Positions 1 to 8,851 of a stretch of DNA of 64,000 bases are shown here, in pieces (the first letter of the stretch is position 1; every line of letters begins with the position of its first letter). Where the stretch lies: IMG/VR virus record IMGVR_UViG_3300032668_000010; one strand, written 5' to 3'. The notes beneath the pieces are model-generated. The model saw only the letters and a program-made list of their open reading frames with translations. It searched no databases and was not told the DNA's origin. The translations under genes and the position numbers were made by a program. Origin of the DNA: an uncultured virus (IMG/VR IMGVR_UViG_3300032668_000010). Its lineage: Duplodnaviria > Heunggongvirae > Uroviricota > Caudoviricetes.

Positions 1-561
1 ACGGGTCCAGCCGGCACAGGCAAGACCATGCTGGCAGTACTAGCTGCGCTAAAAGCATATAGAGCCGGCGAAATTGATCGTATTGTAGTCACCAGACCAG
101 CAGTAGGAGTTGATGATGAGGAGCATGGGTTCTTACCCGGCGACCTAAATGAAAAGATGGCTCCATGGACCCGTCCTATTTTTGATATCATTGGCGAATA
201 CTACCGTCAGTCCGAAATCGCCAAGATGCTAGATGACCGTACAATCGAGATATCTCCCCTAGCATATATGAGAGGAAGAACATTTAAAGACTCGTGGATT
301 ATTGCAGACGAAATGCAAAACGCGACACCATCACAAATGAAAATGTTACTCACACGATTAGGTGAAGGTAGTAAGATGATTGTAACAGGTGACACAAGAC
401 AAGCTGACCGCAGTGACGATAATAACGGATTGCTTGATTTTCAGCGTCTAGTAGATTCATACAAGAACTGTAAATATGTGTCCGGTGTAGAATTCGATCA
501 CCGAGATATACAACGCCACCCTGCTGTGCTTGAAATACTTAAGATTTACAAGGAGGTTTGA
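1..561 (+). CDS. phoH: PhoH-family ATPase (5' partial)
   Basis: Frame open from base 1: TGPAGTGKT Walker A, HGFLPGDLNEK, LAYMRGRTF, DEMQN, TRLGEGSK, GDTRQAD. Confidence 0.95.
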   Translation, partial: TGPAGTGKTMLAVLAALKAYRAGEIDRIVVTRPAVGVDDEEHGFLPGDLNEKMAPWTRPIFDIIGEYYRQSEIAKMLDDRTIEISPLAYMRGRTFKDSWIIADEMQNATPSQMKMLLTRLGEGSKMIVTGDTRQADRSDDNNGLLDFQRLVDSYKNCKYVSGVEFDHRDIQRHPAVLEILKIYKEV

Positions 562-570
562 TCTTATAGC

Positions 571-577
571 ATAAATA
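571..577 (+). promoter_or_regulatory. T4-like late promoter (ATAAATA)
   Basis: ATAAATA recurs just upstream of many genes here; resembles T4 late consensus TATAAATA. Confidence 0.65.
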
Positions 578-582
578 ATAGT

Positions 583-640
583 GCAGGTCGCGATGCGTCA
601 ACATCCACCTGCTCTAATAGTTGAAAAGGAACTATCAGCA
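583..640 (+). ncRNA. Conserved structured 5' leader of GIY-YIG gene (copy 1)
   Basis: Stems GCAGGT/ACCTGC and GATG/CATC, then TCTAA, SD hairpin and TCAGCA-ATG; covaries with copy at 59076-59132. Confidence 0.7.
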
Positions 641-1270
641 ATGATATTTATTATATATAAAACCACAAATTTAGTCAATGGTAAATTTTACATTGGTAAA
701 CATAATCAATCTACTGATTCGTTTGATGGCTATTACGGGTCCGGGTCATTATTAAAAAAAGCAATTAAAAAATACGGAAAAGATAATTTTATCCGCGAAA
801 CACTTTTTGAATTTAGCGACGAATATTCGGCGTATCAGAAAGAAGTGTTGGTCATTAGCGAAAATTTATCTAATCCGCTTTGCTATAATTTACGTACTGG
901 TGGTACTGGCAGAAGTTATAATTCAACAGAGCAATCTCGCTATCTTCAGAGTAAAAGTGCTTTAGCACGATGGGAAGACCCAGAGCAATATAATGCAATG
1001 GTATTAGAAAGACAAACCCGATATAACAATGACACCGGTAAAGAAATAATAGACAATATTGCTAATTCTGTTAAAGCACTATGGGAAGATCCAGAATATG
1101 TTAAAAAGCAAACTGATGTTAGATCTTCAATGGAGTACCGATCAGTTCTTAGAGAAAAAGCAAAAAATAGAGAAAAGTTTCAATGTATACATTGCAGTGG
1201 TATGTTTCAACCAAGCCACTTAGTTCGCTGGCATAACGATAATTGTAAACTTAATCCTGCTCTCCAGTAA
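641..1270 (+). CDS. Free-standing GIY-YIG (Seg-like) homing endonuclease
   Basis: IIYKTTNLVNGKFYIGKH..YYGSG..AIKKYGKDNF; C-terminal CIHC..HNDNC; ATG 641 follows SD AAGGA. Confidence 0.85.
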   Translation: MIFIIYKTTNLVNGKFYIGKHNQSTDSFDGYYGSGSLLKKAIKKYGKDNFIRETLFEFSDEYSAYQKEVLVISENLSNPLCYNLRTGGTGRSYNSTEQSRYLQSKSALARWEDPEQYNAMVLERQTRYNNDTGKEIIDNIANSVKALWEDPEYVKKQTDVRSSMEYRSVLREKAKNREKFQCIHCSGMFQPSHLVRWHNDNCKLNPALQ

Positions 1271-1844
1271 CTAATTTATAAACATCCTTCCAAGATTTTA
1301 CCACTTTAATATCAGGGTGGTAATAGTGGAGGCTATGTCCATGCTCCATTAGTATACTTTTGAGCCCTAACCCTGCACCAACTTCACAATTAGTAATTTT
1401 ATCTTCGATCCAGTGATATCCACTATTTTGATATGGTTCAAGTGCTTCGTCCTTATCTGCTCCGGTGTCTAGGAATATAAATTTCTCAAATGCTGTTTCA
1501 CCGAACAACTTACGTAGATTCATTCTACGTAATTCTTGTGCATTTTCGTTTTTACTTAAACTTGATATAGCATGAAAAACATATCCGTGTTCCTCGTGTA
1601 GTCTTTTAAGATAAAACATAGAATCTCGAAGGGGTGGTAAAAAACCAATATGGGCACTTTCGTTAAAAATTCTTATTAGTTTAACTGCCTGCTCTCTATC
1701 CATGCCATATCTTTTACTGATATCGTATTTAAATTCACCGCCGGGTATTTTATTAAATCCGTGCTGTTGCAAATACACATCAAACGCATATTCCCAATCG
1801 AGGCAAACGCCGTCGATGTCGGTTAGTATAATTTTATTTTTCAT
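1251..1844 (-). CDS. HAD-family nucleotidase/phosphatase
   Basis: ILTDIDGV (DxD) motif I and WIEDK motif. Confidence 0.8.
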   Translation of the reverse strand: MKNKIILTDIDGVCLDWEYAFDVYLQQHGFNKIPGGEFKYDISKRYGMDREQAVKLIRIFNESAHIGFLPPLRDSMFYLKRLHEEHGYVFHAISSLSKNENAQELRRMNLRKLFGETAFEKFIFLDTGADKDEALEPYQNSGYHWIEDKITNCEVGAGLGLKSILMEHGHSLHYYHPDIKVVKSWKDVYKLVTGEQD

Positions 1845-2117
1845 TTACGCCTTTAACAATTCTATAAGTTTTTCAGGTTTAACAATATCGTGTACTTCTT
1901 TAACATTGAGTACACGCACTTCTAATTCAATGATTTCAAATTCGTGCATAGTTTTTAACATATAATCGTCATGTATACAACGAGTTAGGAAACTACGCAA
2001 CTTACCAATGGTGTCAAAGGTCTTACCTTTTTCACTCCACTGACGATACATAGTACCTTTATTATACTCGGGGGGATTAGATCCCTTCCTTCGAACTTTG
2101 TAGTGTATCTCTTTCAT
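1845..2117 (-). CDS. Hypothetical protein
   Basis: Coupled ORF; likely start MKEIHY. Confidence 0.55.
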   Translation of the reverse strand: MKEIHYKVRRKGSNPPEYNKGTMYRQWSEKGKTFDTIGKLRSFLTRCIHDDYMLKTMHEFEIIELEVRVLNVKEVHDIVKPEKLIELLKA

Positions 2118-2311
2118 TTCAAACTTCCAATAGTCAATAAGTGTTCTACACACTTTGTACAAATAACATTATAACGTGGACCACCAGTGGGACTAATAGC
2201 AGTATTACATGAGGTGCACATGATAAACGCTTGTGTAACAACATGTCCGCGTTCTGCAGGGTACAACGGTGTTAAGGTATATCCGATTGGTTCTGGTTTA
2301 GTTTGATCCAT
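2114..2311 (-). CDS. Small Zn-ribbon protein
   Basis: CTSC...CTKC. Confidence 0.5.
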   Translation of the reverse strand: MDQTKPEPIGYTLTPLYPAERGHVVTQAFIMCTSCNTAISPTGGPRYNVICTKCVEHLLTIGSLK

Positions 2312-2502
2312 TATGCACACCTCAATAAAAATGTAGTATAATCCCTCTTAGAAAAAAATATAAACTCATATATTTTAGACCTTTGTGTGGTCCAAGTAGT
2401 CCATTTATCACGTTTAAGATTCTGTATTAACCACGCCCGAATATTGTTAATATTATCAATATCATTATTTGATATATACGGAACACTATACGAATAAGAC
2501 AT
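2311..2502 (-). CDS. FxL(K/R)W-family small protein (outlying member)
   Basis: Ends FIFFSKRDYTTFLLRCA. Confidence 0.6.
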   Translation of the reverse strand: MSYSYSVPYISNNDIDNINNIRAWLIQNLKRDKWTTWTTQRSKIYEFIFFSKRDYTTFLLRCA

Positions 2503-3173
2503 TACAGGACCTTAACATAGTTTAACACCGTAACCTTGGCATTGTTGCGGTACTCTTCTTCCCTGTGTGCTTTAACACGACCTTGTATCTGCCCTACTTC
2601 GCATACCTTGTCTAAGTTCTTGGCCCAGTAAAATACTAGATTGTCGTGTTCAGTATATCCATAAACTGCGTAGCAATCTGTTGATTGGATGTAACGCTTT
2701 TCGATCAAGCTAAACTTGACAGTAATGGTTTCACCGATACGACCAGTATAACGACTTGTACGTTCGTATCTGGCACCTAGTTCACGCACATGATCACGTT
2801 GCTGGTACTGGTCCACCAAGTGCGGTGCCCATGCAATTCGACCAAATGTGTTAGGCCCTACTTCTTTGTCGGCCAGGATTTGGTTAAGTAGGCCCAGGAA
2901 CTGATCTGGTTTTCCTTTAAGGCTCTGCATGATTACATTTTGTTCAATGTACTGTATAACACCATCGGCTTGCTTGTGATGGAAGTCGTTGACAATAAAC
3001 TTGCCTCCGAACGTGTTGCCAAACAACACAGATTCAGAAATAAGGTGACGATTAGGGTGATAATCCACACCATTTATTGCGATGGGATTACGTACAATAG
3101 ATCGGTTATTGTGCTCATATGCCGCAATAGCTGTAGCAAGCACTAGTAGGGTGGGGGAGGATTTAATCTTCAT
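2502..3173 (-). CDS. Hypothetical protein, possible C-terminal OB-like fold
   Basis: 223 aa ORF behind a sigma70 promoter; beta-rich C-terminus. Confidence 0.55.
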   Translation of the reverse strand: MKIKSSPTLLVLATAIAAYEHNNRSIVRNPIAINGVDYHPNRHLISESVLFGNTFGGKFIVNDFHHKQADGVIQYIEQNVIMQSLKGKPDQFLGLLNQILADKEVGPNTFGRIAWAPHLVDQYQQRDHVRELGARYERTSRYTGRIGETITVKFSLIEKRYIQSTDCYAVYGYTEHDNLVFYWAKNLDKVCEVGQIQGRVKAHREEEYRNNAKVTVLNYVKVL

Positions 3174-3203
3174 TTAGTTGTCCATTATTCCAGTTCATAC
3201 TAT

Positions 3204-3232
3204 ATTATAGCATTATGGGAATTAATGGTCAA
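3204..3232 (-). promoter_or_regulatory. sigma70-type early promoter
   Basis: TTGACC-17-TATAAT with extended TG; spacer shared with other copies. Confidence 0.85.
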
Positions 3233-3478
3233 CTACTTGGATTTGAGCTTGCTGTGTACGTACTGATGTAAGGTGTTTAAATAGTTGGTTTGAGTAAGCA
3301 TTTTAAACTCTAATGCTTCTAAACGGTGCTTTAATTGTTGGTTTTCGTGCTGTAAATACTCCAGGGTCAGTTTAGTATCCTTGAGTACTTTCTCGTGGCT
3401 AAGTAGGTTAGGACGTGGTGGAGCATTAGGATCCACAGCCCGTTTCTTCTTAGGTTTATACATGTTAAATATGCTCAT
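3233..3478 (-). CDS. Coiled-coil hypothetical protein
   Basis: Heptad pattern; coupled ORF. Confidence 0.55.
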   Translation of the reverse strand: MSIFNMYKPKKKRAVDPNAPPRPNLLSHEKVLKDTKLTLEYLQHENQQLKHRLEALEFKMLTQTNYLNTLHQYVHSKLKSK

Positions 3479-3798
3479 ACTAGATATTTATCGTTGGGCA
3501 CACTTGGGAATTTTACTGCTACTGTATCTGTATCTTCTGTATAGACCGCTTCGTTGACATCGCCGGGTTCTACAATGCAAATATCACCTGCACGGAATTC
3601 TTCTCCGTTTAGAATCATACAACCACGGGTAATCAATTGTATCTCTGTAATCACTGCATGATAGTGTTTGGGATAACTAGTTCCTGCTAAATTAGTTTGA
3701 AAGCAAACTTCAAAGTCTTCGGTTCGCACTACTGCTCCGGGAAAGTTACCAATAAACCATCCGCGGGCTCCTGCGTCACTTAGTCGATGTCTTTTCAT
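3475..3798 (-). CDS. Cupin-domain protein
   Basis: HYHAVITE...G..ILNG..F.AGD..IVEPG. Confidence 0.75.
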   Translation of the reverse strand: MKRHRLSDAGARGWFIGNFPGAVVRTEDFEVCFQTNLAGTSYPKHYHAVITEIQLITRGCMILNGEEFRAGDICIVEPGDVNEAVYTEDTDTVAVKFPSVPNDKYLV

Positions 3799-3799
3799 A

Positions 3800-4996
3800 T
3801 TATTTCCAATACGGTGCAAATTCGGGTACTACATCTAATACATTTTCGTTACGTACTTGATCGAGACGTTGCGTAGTTTCAATTACCGCAGACCAAGACG
3901 ATTCCGGTGCTTGGTACATATATGTAATTACAGCATCAATTTTATTTTTAAGAACTTGGTACTTGCTACTAGACACCAAACGATCTCTTGCTAAATCTTT
4001 TAATTCTATAGGTAAATTAGTAATATTTTGATCTGCTGGACCATGCGCTATGGTAAGATCTGTTCCAGCAAAGTTTGTAGTATTGTCAATGGCAAAATCA
4101 AATACTTCTGTTAGATGCAAGATATTATATACTGTAATCACTACATTGAATTTTAATTTTGCGGCAGGATATGCTAATACCGTTTTAATATTAGTTTGTG
4201 TAGTTGCCCAATTGGCACCAGATCGAACATATTCTAATAACGGGCCTGTGGCATCAAGGCTCACAATAAACAACACATTAGTAAATCGTTTTAGGTAATC
4301 TTCTAATTGCTTCTTGCCAAAATTTAATTTACTTAAATTTGTTGTGTAGGTAATACGTATATTGTGTAGGCCTAATTGATCTAAGTGATCCAACATTGAC
4401 CAGTGTTCTTTTTGATATAGTGCTTCACCACCAGCAAAGTATACTTCCTTCAGTTCAGATAAATCGCCATACTTGGCAATAATATCTTCCCATTCATCTG
4501 TATCATGTGCTTGTATTACGTAGTCCTTGCGCCCGGTTCCACGATAGGCTTCTTCTGCCCAGGAATGACTATAAGCAGGGCCGCACATGCGACATTTAAA
4601 ATTACAGATGTTGCTAAATCTGGCATCCCAATACTGCATTTTAAAATTATGCAACTTGCCATCAGTTTCAGTATTTGCTAATAGTGTGTCAACATTGATG
4701 TTGAAGTTTTTGATATCTAGATTCTTATTTTCACGAAAACTAGCAAGTCCGTGTTGTTCTTCGCGATAGCATTGGCTACAGGCAGAGTTCTTCTTGCCTG
4801 CCAACATATCCGTTCTGACCTTTTTCATAGAATCAGAATTCATTATATCTTCTGCTGACTCAAAGTCCTTTATGTTACCAAATTTTCCGTCACCGGGATT
4901 GGCAGAACAGCAAGCACGTATTTCACCACTGGGCTCATGAAAGAAATGAATCCAGGGTAAAATACAAAAAGTATTACTGGGCAGGGGTTTCTGCAT
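3800..4996 (-). CDS. Radical SAM protein with N-terminal SPASM/twitch-like Cys cluster
   Basis: CNFKCRMC; YFAGGE; N-terminal C..PW, CC, CSQC. Confidence 0.9.
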   Translation of the reverse strand: MQKPLPSNTFCILPWIHFFHEPSGEIRACCSANPGDGKFGNIKDFESAEDIMNSDSMKKVRTDMLAGKKNSACSQCYREEQHGLASFRENKNLDIKNFNINVDTLLANTETDGKLHNFKMQYWDARFSNICNFKCRMCGPAYSHSWAEEAYRGTGRKDYVIQAHDTDEWEDIIAKYGDLSELKEVYFAGGEALYQKEHWSMLDHLDQLGLHNIRITYTTNLSKLNFGKKQLEDYLKRFTNVLFIVSLDATGPLLEYVRSGANWATTQTNIKTVLAYPAAKLKFNVVITVYNILHLTEVFDFAIDNTTNFAGTDLTIAHGPADQNITNLPIELKDLARDRLVSSSKYQVLKNKIDAVITYMYQAPESSWSAVIETTQRLDQVRNENVLDVVPEFAPYWK

Positions 4997-5354
4997 CTTC
5001 TACTGGAGTTTCTTCTACAGCTTCTTCTTTGGGAATAAACTGTTCTAAGTAAGCCATATCCAACTGTGCCATTGTTTGAATAACGTACTGTGGATAACCT
5101 TCTAAGAAGTATTTGAACATTTCGTCGAATGTTTTAGTGGTGCCAAACTTGTTGTATACAATTTTCTTTTCGTTAAGATTTAGAATAACACCTGCGTACT
5201 GACGATCTTTGCCAGAGAGCCCTTTGGTGAACTCGATACGCTCATCGTATTGATAATTGTCTGGATTCTTTGTCCAGCCAGCAATTTGTGTTTGTACTCC
5301 GGCACGCGGCTTTTGTACATAAAATGCGAGTAAGTGAATATCTTTAATTTTCAT
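4974..5354 (-). CDS. Hypothetical protein
   Basis: 126 aa ORF coupled to clamp loader. Confidence 0.6.
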   Translation of the reverse strand: MKIKDIHLLAFYVQKPRAGVQTQIAGWTKNPDNYQYDERIEFTKGLSGKDRQYAGVILNLNEKKIVYNKFGTTKTFDEMFKYFLEGYPQYVIQTMAQLDMAYLEQFIPKEEAVEETPVEDAETPAQ

Positions 5355-6268
5355 AGTTGTGTAAGTTCGATTAAGGTTGCTGATAGGTTAATTTCTTGAT
5401 CTGCTACTAGTGGTACGTTTACAAGACCTTTGCGAATTGCTAAAATTGCTGCGTCTTGCCCTTCTTGAGTTTTTGACCATAAGTCTAAGTTATCGTACAT
5501 CCAACGGAACATATCATCCATGTCCTCAATGGTTGCTTGAGCACAAATAACCTTACGTGCATCTACGATCTTGCCTGCTTTAAATAGAGCTACTGCATCT
5601 AGTTTCCAATCCTTAACACCACGATCATTTTCGCCTGGAGTATTTAACTTACCAGAGCTTGAATTGGGCTGTAGCAAGTTTAGACATTTACGTAGATCTG
5701 GATATGTTGCCTTGACATAACTGTCTAGAGTATCTAGATCAAATTCAATATTTTCTGTTACTAAAATAGTTGCTGCACGTGCTGTAAATTCTGTTACATC
5801 ACTTTTATCAATATGAAAACCTTGACAACGACTGTGTAGTGCTGGGATAATCTTATGTGGCATGTTGCAAGTAAGAATAAAACGTGCCGACTCTTGATAC
5901 GTTTCCATTAGGCCACGCATGATGGCTTGAGCATTGTGTGTTAGGTAATCCGCTTCGTCTAACAAGACTACTTTAAACTTACCAAATGGCATTGTGCTAA
6001 CAAAACCTTCAACACGAGTTTTAATAAAATCCACACCGTTATCACGTGATGCATTAATATGCAAGGTATCGTAATCTTCTACGCCTAGTTCGTTAATAAG
6101 AACTTTGGCCAAGGTAGTCTTGCCTGTGCCCGGACTTCCGCTTAATAAGATATGCGGAATAACCCCATCTTTGATCCAGGCATCAACCTGATCTCGTTGC
6201 GATTGATCGGTGAATACATAATCTCCTACTACCTTAGGTCTGTATTGTTCTGTCCAAAGTTGTTTCAT
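5351..6268 (-). CDS. Clamp loader AAA+ subunit (RFC/T4 gp44-like)
   Basis: LWTEQYRP, GSPGTGKT, INAS, LDEAD, HSRC. Confidence 0.92.
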   Translation of the reverse strand: MKQLWTEQYRPKVVGDYVFTDQSQRDQVDAWIKDGVIPHILLSGSPGTGKTTLAKVLINELGVEDYDTLHINASRDNGVDFIKTRVEGFVSTMPFGKFKVVLLDEADYLTHNAQAIMRGLMETYQESARFILTCNMPHKIIPALHSRCQGFHIDKSDVTEFTARAATILVTENIEFDLDTLDSYVKATYPDLRKCLNLLQPNSSSGKLNTPGENDRGVKDWKLDAVALFKAGKIVDARKVICAQATIEDMDDMFRWMYDNLDLWSKTQEGQDAAILAIRKGLVNVPLVADQEINLSATLIELTQL

Positions 6269-6456
6269 TCTTTTACCTGTTGTATGATTGTTTGTGCTAT
6301 TTTACTGGCTTTATCTTCGGCAAGCGAGTACTTGTGTAACCGTTCTGCACATTTTCTAAGTGCATCGCTTAGTACTTGATCTTCGGCTTCTTCTAATACT
6401 AATCGGGCAATATCGTGTAAGGCGACAACTGCGTCGACGAGTTTAAGATTCCTCAT
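6265..6456 (-). CDS. Hypothetical protein
   Basis: Likely start MRNLKL (ATGA overlap). Confidence 0.55.
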   Translation of the reverse strand: MRNLKLVDAVVALHDIARLVLEEAEDQVLSDALRKCAERLHKYSLAEDKASKIAQTIIQQVKE

Positions 6457-6611
6457 ACTAGTTCTTCTGCAATTCCTAAAACTTCTGCTAAGATTAAAAA
6501 TGCGCCTGCAGCAAATAATTGTCCGGCACACAGAAGTCCGCCTGCTACAATACGGAATGCGCTTTTAACTAAACTAATTTTTAAGTGTGCTACTGGATTT
6601 GGTGTACTCAT
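6453..6611 (-). CDS. Small membrane protein (not in ORF track)
   Basis: MSTPNPVAHLKISLVKSAFRIVAGGLL...GIAEELV*; ATGA overlaps at both ends. Confidence 0.6.
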   Translation of the reverse strand: MSTPNPVAHLKISLVKSAFRIVAGGLLCAGQLFAAGAFLILAEVLGIAEELV

Positions 6612-6765
6612 TTTGTGCCTTTGAAAAATTTGATAATATTGTTGAAACGTGTTTTGACTTCTTTAACGGAAATCATTGATGGGTGATGCGGACACCTGCC
6701 TTGCATAAAATCACAAGTAGGTGTATATGTGTGCTTGCATACGCTACAACGTGGTGGTTTGCTAC

Positions 6766-6990
6766 TTACTCGCTTTTGAGTATCTCTACTATTCTGTCCT
6801 GATCCCATTGTTCTTCCCCGGTAAATGTTGGGCAATGCATATATCTATCGTCTAACCAACATTTTAACAGATACAAATCTTTTTTACAAGACATTTGGGT
6901 AAAGCCATCATTGCGATCATTGTGAATTTCTATCAATGATTTTTGAATAGCCCACCGAACACTTTCTAAATCGGGTTTTTTAAATCCCAT
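6766..6990 (-). CDS. Hypothetical protein
   Basis: Likely start MGFKKP right after groES. Confidence 0.55.
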   Translation of the reverse strand: MGFKKPDLESVRWAIQKSLIEIHNDRNDGFTQMSCKKDLYLLKCWLDDRYMHCPTFTGEEQWDQDRIVEILKSE

Positions 6991-6991
6991 T

Positions 6992-7363
6992 TTACCAACG
7001 GTCTTTTGCATCAATTTGAGTTGCACTACTTAGACTATCATCACTTGGCTCAGATTCTGAAACCAGTAAGATGTCGGCCGGGTCAATTCTGCGAATTGTG
7101 ACTTCGCCTGTTGTGTCTTCGATAGTAACACCCCGAGTCCAACGTCCGTGGCTTACCAAAACCCATTGCCCAATGGTAATATCTTCTTGTTCTGGTCCAG
7201 TAGCGTATACCTGTGCCCAACGTGGACGAATACCTGCACCACGTCCATCATCGTTTAACAAATAGATACCACTACTTAGTTTACGTTCTTTGAAATTCAT
7301 ATCAGATACAAGCACATGATCATTTAGTGCTCGTAAATTATCTACTTTGATTGGTTTAAACAT
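6992..7363 (-). CDS. groES: GroES-like co-chaperonin
   Basis: LRALNDHVLV..ERKLSSGIYL..AQVYATGP..GQWVLV..DIL. Confidence 0.8.
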   Translation of the reverse strand: MFKPIKVDNLRALNDHVLVSDMNFKERKLSSGIYLLNDDGRGAGIRPRWAQVYATGPEQEDITIGQWVLVSHGRWTRGVTIEDTTGEVTIRRIDPADILLVSESEPSDDSLSSATQIDAKDRW

Positions 7364-7365
7364 AA

Positions 7366-7818
7366 TTAGATTCTTGTCGGTCCGTTTGATTTTGCTTGTT
7401 CTTTTGGAGTCGGTAATGGTTCTTGTGTAACTGTTGCAGGAGCCGCCAGACTATTTGCTAAACTACCACGAGCTGATGGTTGTGCTGGTTGCTTGTCTGG
7501 TGATGCTGGAACATTAGTTGTTACAGTTAAGTTATTTGCCAAATCTGTTAATTGCTGTGCATTACTAGCTTCTAGTATTGTTTTTTGTGTTTGATATTCG
7601 TGTGGATCATTTGGACTATAGCCAGCACCAGCTGATGGTACCGCATACACTTGATCCATAATTGCGTTTCGTCCAGCGGCAATTTTACCACCAGCACCAA
7701 TTAAATCACCACGTGCGTTTACCTTCATGTTTCCAACTGCGATTGCTGTTTCGTTGGTTAATTTAATTTTGTCCATATCAACTGCTTGACCACGTGCTGT
7801 TTTATATATTCTTGCCAT
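7366..7818 (-). CDS. Hypothetical late protein
   Basis: Preceded by TATAAATA (7838-7845) and SD AGGAG. Confidence 0.65.
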   Translation of the reverse strand: MARIYKTARGQAVDMDKIKLTNETAIAVGNMKVNARGDLIGAGGKIAAGRNAIMDQVYAVPSAGAGYSPNDPHEYQTQKTILEASNAQQLTDLANNLTVTTNVPASPDKQPAQPSARGSLANSLAAPATVTQEPLPTPKEQAKSNGPTRI

Positions 7819-7856
7819 TTTAATTCTCCTTGTATGCTATTTATAAACTGGGTAGT

Positions 7857-8369
7857 TTACTTTAAAAATTCTTCAATCGGAAGATCGTAATATAAGCTAT
7901 TAACCTTGTGAACACCCAATAGGTATAATACATAACTTGCTACACTTGATCCACGACCTAATCCCCATACTACCTTGTTTGCTCGCATGGTATCTACAAA
8001 ATATTTCAAATAGCGTAGCAAGTTAAACAGGTCACGTTCCTGGTATAATAGTAGTTCTTCGCCCACACGTTGCAATTCAGGCGCTGTCTTGCACAAATCC
8101 AAGATATGTTGGGCTATATCTAATGTTTTATATTCGTCTGGCATGTGCCAGTTATTTTGATTTTCGTTATCAAATTGTTCAACCGGTATGTTACGTGGTA
8201 TCCATTGTTGCAATGATGGAATATCTGCATACGTTTTGTTTACAGCCACGTTGAACAAGTTGGCATCTTCAACGTAGAATAGTTCTAGCATCAAATCGGG
8301 ATTTTGATAAAGCATATCGGCCAACTCATTTGTGTTGGTGTATGCTTGACCATGAGTATCATACTTCAT
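7857..8369 (-). CDS. dnaE: Stand-alone DNA polymerase III alpha (DnaE) fragment
   Basis: WGLGRGSSVASYVLYLLGVHKVNSLYYDLPIEEFL matches DnaE GxGRGS..LV.Y.LGIT.VDP...L.FERFL. Confidence 0.8.
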   Translation of the reverse strand: MKYDTHGQAYTNTNELADMLYQNPDLMLELFYVEDANLFNVAVNKTYADIPSLQQWIPRNIPVEQFDNENQNNWHMPDEYKTLDIAQHILDLCKTAPELQRVGEELLLYQERDLFNLLRYLKYFVDTMRANKVVWGLGRGSSVASYVLYLLGVHKVNSLYYDLPIEEFLK

Positions 8370-8605
8370 TGAATATCAATAATGTTCTTAAATTGTTTAG
8401 ATTTTGATTCCATTTCTTCTAATGCTTTGCGATTGCGATTATTCATTTCTTCTTGATAATCCTGAAGCAGTAGTTGTAATTGTCCTACCATATCTGCTTG
8501 CCCAATACGGTAAGCATACATCATACGGCTTTGCAATTCAGATAACTTTTTTGTAAGCTCATCCATTGACATCTTGGACAAGTCTGGTGTTAAAGGGTGA
8601 CCCAT
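8366..8605 (-). CDS. Coiled-coil hypothetical protein
   Basis: 79 aa, coupled to the dnaE fragment. Confidence 0.6.
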   Translation of the reverse strand: MGHPLTPDLSKMSMDELTKKLSELQSRMMYAYRIGQADMVGQLQLLLQDYQEEMNNRNRKALEEMESKSKQFKNIIDIQ

Positions 8606-8793
8606 GACGGAATGTCTCCTACAGTTGGTTCTACGTATTCTTGTTTTAATTCTTCACCTTTGAGCAAGGCGGTTAGGTCTACCATGGATTGATTTTCTAA
8701 GATAGAGACCCATTCACCAGCGTTGGTTTTATGAAATGTTAAATATGCTATTGTACCGATCGGTAACTGTACTGGTATTTTTCTTTGGTCCAA
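8590..8793 (-). CDS. Hypothetical protein
   Basis: TTG start after SD AAGGAG. Confidence 0.5.
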   Translation of the reverse strand: MDQRKIPVQLPIGTIAYLTFHKTNAGEWVSILENQSMVDLTALLKGEELKQEYVEPTVGDIPSWVTL

Positions 8794-8798
8794 AATAA

Positions 8799-8841
8799 AC
8801 TCCTTGTATATAATTATATAGCAATTATACCAAGGAGTCAA
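8799..8841 (-). promoter_or_regulatory. sigma70 promoter overlapping an RBS-occluding inverted repeat
   Basis: TTGACT-17-TATAAT; arms ACTCCTTG/CAAGGAGT. Confidence 0.7.
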
Positions 8842-8851
8842 GTATTTTAAA

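Noticed and set aside
581..640. GTG start at 581 for the endonuclease
   Set aside because: This segment is the structured leader; the SD and GIY-YIG N-terminus fit ATG 641.
583..640. Known self-cleaving ribozyme (HDV-like, hammerhead, twister)
   Set aside because: CTAA resembles HDV J4/2, but I could not find the nested pseudoknot or other catalytic cores by eye; a covariance-model search is still needed.
562..1270. Group I intron housing the endonuclease
   Set aside because: phoH ends normally at 561, flanking genes are intact, and there is no room for an intron core.
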